From Selaginella moellendorffii (taxonomy: Eukaryota > Plantae > Lycopodiophyta), in the NCBI RefSeq assembly GCF_000143415.4, contig NW_003314297.1:969430-1033429 (forward strand): 64,000 nucleotides of DNA, read 5' to 3'. The notes under the pieces were generated by a model that saw nothing but the letters and a program-made list of their open reading frames with translations, made no database searches and was not told where the DNA came from. This document shows positions 61,800 to 64,000 of this stretch, piece after piece. Positions within the stretch are counted from its first letter, which is position 1; each line of letters opens with the position of its first letter. The position numbers and the translations under genes are program-made.

Positions 61800-63020
61800 A
61801 ATTCACCTGTCAGAGAAGCGTGCCCCGGAGCAGATGGCCCCAGCTCCAAATTACTCTTGCTTGGGATCATTAGCTGTCAACTTCCAGACGAGGTTCTCGT
61901 CTCTCGTGATCTTGGGGCTGTTCTCCACATCGCGCTTCCTGGCTCAAGTGCAGAGACTACTAACCTGTGGGAGAAAGGCCGGATGCAGGAGTCCATCATG
62001 ATGAACTTCTGCATTTGTTTCTCCATCTCAGCCCGCTTCTTTGCCAGTGCTGCGACATCTCCAGGATCGAACACGGTGCCAGAACCTTTCGTCCTTGTTC
62101 CCGTCCATGAAACTGCTCTGGAACCCCGTCGCGTCAAGATGATAGCAGCACTGGGAGCTCGTTTGCAGCCATTTTCTCGCCTGCTGGATGGTGAGAGTAG
62201 CCACCAGTCGAGAAGAGTGGATCATCCTCTGGAGTGGCTGAGAACAGCCTTGGCTGCTCGTCAACTTCATTTGCAGGAAAGGCGACGAGAGGATCCTCCA
62301 TCATGACGTTTCCCCGGTTTCCCTTCTGGCCATGCACTGGATCAGCAGCACGAAAGAGTGGATCCACTGCGAGCTTGTTTCCGAATGCAGACTTGTGGCG
62401 AGCACCACCGGGAAGAGCAGACGGTGGCAGTCGCCTTGGTGGCCTCAGGACCTCGCGAATTCGGGGATCAGCAGCCGCCTTCTTCCTACCGGCATTCAAC
62501 TGCAAAGATGGTCGAGGCAATACTTTGGTCAGGGGAATATTAATGAGGTGCTCCTGCTGGCTGTTGCTGCTGCCGCTGTTGCCACTGCCAGGCTGATGGC
62601 CATACTCCACGAAGATGTCGTCGTGCACCTTGTTCCTTCTCCGCTTCAAGAGTATCCAGACTCCAGTGACGATGGCTACCAGTGCGAGCAGGAGCATAAC
62701 GATGCCTGCCACGAGCACACCAGGTGATGCCACGAATGCAGCTGCTGCTGAAGATGGTGCTGACGGCGCAGTAGGCGGAGAGGTGCCCAAGCCAAGGGGC
62801 CTTGTTATGGTCGAAGGTGGTGGCGATGGCGGCCCGGCCCTCCTTGGTCCCAGGTTACAGTGTCGGCCTTGTTGGGCGGCGAAGAAGAAGGTGGCGGCCT
62901 TGTAGCAGCTCCATCATCAGCTCGTCGATGTCCATGGTGCCTCTTTGGCTCAGCTGCTGGATGTTCCTTGGTGGGCGGAGAGCTCGGGGGTGGATGTCCA
63001 GCTCCATGATGCTCAGGAGA
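61800..63020 (-). pseudogene. Proline-rich membrane protein, copy D (5' deleted, internal TGA)
   Basis: ORF 62134-62790 with TM and KRRR, followed by GTVFDPGDVAALAKKRAEMEKQM in 61877-62137. Confidence 0.75.
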
Positions 63021-63767
63021 ACTTGGGCTTTCTGTGCCTCTTGGCTAGTGCCGGTGGATATACGAAGAAGTCGCAGTATTTCAACTCAAGCTTGCTTGCT
63101 TACCATTGTGCTCAAGTTTGCTTGCTTACTTCCCCTTTTTTAGGGCATTAAAGTGTCTGAAATCCCTTTTCGTACAAATAGAAGAATAGTATATTCTTAA
63201 AATCTATAAGATCTGAGAACTTGAAATCTGGGCCGTCTATTGGACAGTCATTCATGTACAATCTAGACCGTGCATTTAAAACACTCTGGACCGTTTATTT
63301 ATATACAATCTGAGCCGCCCACGGTGTAAAATCTGGGCTGTCGTATTAATTAAATCAAAGCCGTCGATCTAACATGATCTGAACCGTCCCATATTTAACT
63401 GATGATATTGCAATGCCATGTGTTGCTTTCAAACACTACTTAGGATTGTTTTCATCTTTTCGAGCTAAACTCCATGGCTTTCTCTATCTGCAAGCTTGTA
63501 GTACGAACTTGTAAAGTTTTAGCAACGTGGAATGGCGATTTTGTGGAACTTAATTCCATTTGAAGGGTTGGAGAGATTTATGAGTATTATAGAAAGAGAA
63601 GAAATTTTCAAACACAGAACCAAAATAGATAACGACTAAGCAATACCGTCCCACAACAACTCTCTAGCATTGTGTGCTGGCTCGAGCTATAAATACAAGC
63701 CCCTCCCACCTCACAAATCAAACCACTTCTCTCTAATATAACAAGCTTACTTCTCTAGCAGCAAATC

Positions 63768-63965
63768 ATGGAGAACAAGGCTTTCTTCGTGTTGTTTTTG
63801 GCGCTCGCCATATTTGTCATGATGCTGGCCATGGGCGTGGACGTGGGAGGACTCGCAAAGGCTGCTGCCCAGCGCTGCCAGTCGGGGTGGTATTGGTATG
63901 ACAACGGTTGCCACCGTTGCCAGAGGGGTTGGAGCTGGCGCAACAATCGCTGCTCGCGCAACTGA
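63768..63965 (+). CDS. Small secreted Cys/Trp-rich peptide, copy 3
   Basis: Protein identical to copy 2; CTATAAATA at 63687. Confidence 0.85.
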   Translation: MENKAFFVLFLALAIFVMMLAMGVDVGGLAKAAAQRCQSGWYWYDNGCHRCQRGWSWRNNRCSRN

Positions 63966-64000
63966 AACCTCTCGTTTCATGGGGTAAGCCCAAGTTAAGA

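Overview
Eukaryotic, gene-dense land-plant DNA. The roughly 50-70 nt introns, very short intergenic gaps and many PLS-type PPR genes suggest a lycophyte such as Selaginella (inference). 1-9 kb: the 5' end of a PPR gene and a decayed Ty3/gypsy LTR retrotransposon whose integrase is split by a nested 1.8-kb solo-LTR-like insertion carrying a satellite. 9-45 kb: housekeeping and signalling genes, namely NOL6/UTP22 (hosting an intronic C/D and an intronic H/ACA snoRNA), an AFG1-like ATPase fused to two EF-hands, GDP-mannose pyrophosphorylase, an APY7-like apyrase, FAB1 with a decayed 3' duplicate containing a foldback element, PRP40C with a structure-flanked poison exon, a type I MADS-box gene, guanylate kinase, a GT47, a PPR gene and NEK6 with a uORF-rich leader. 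45-64 kb: an unstable accessory region of inverted and tandem copies of one module, in which a small secreted Cys/Trp-repeat peptide gene sits head-to-head with a kinase-less proline-rich single-pass membrane protein gene. This region is mixed with eIF5B, dirigent, PPR and MULE relics. All identifications come from motif recognition by eye; no database search was run.
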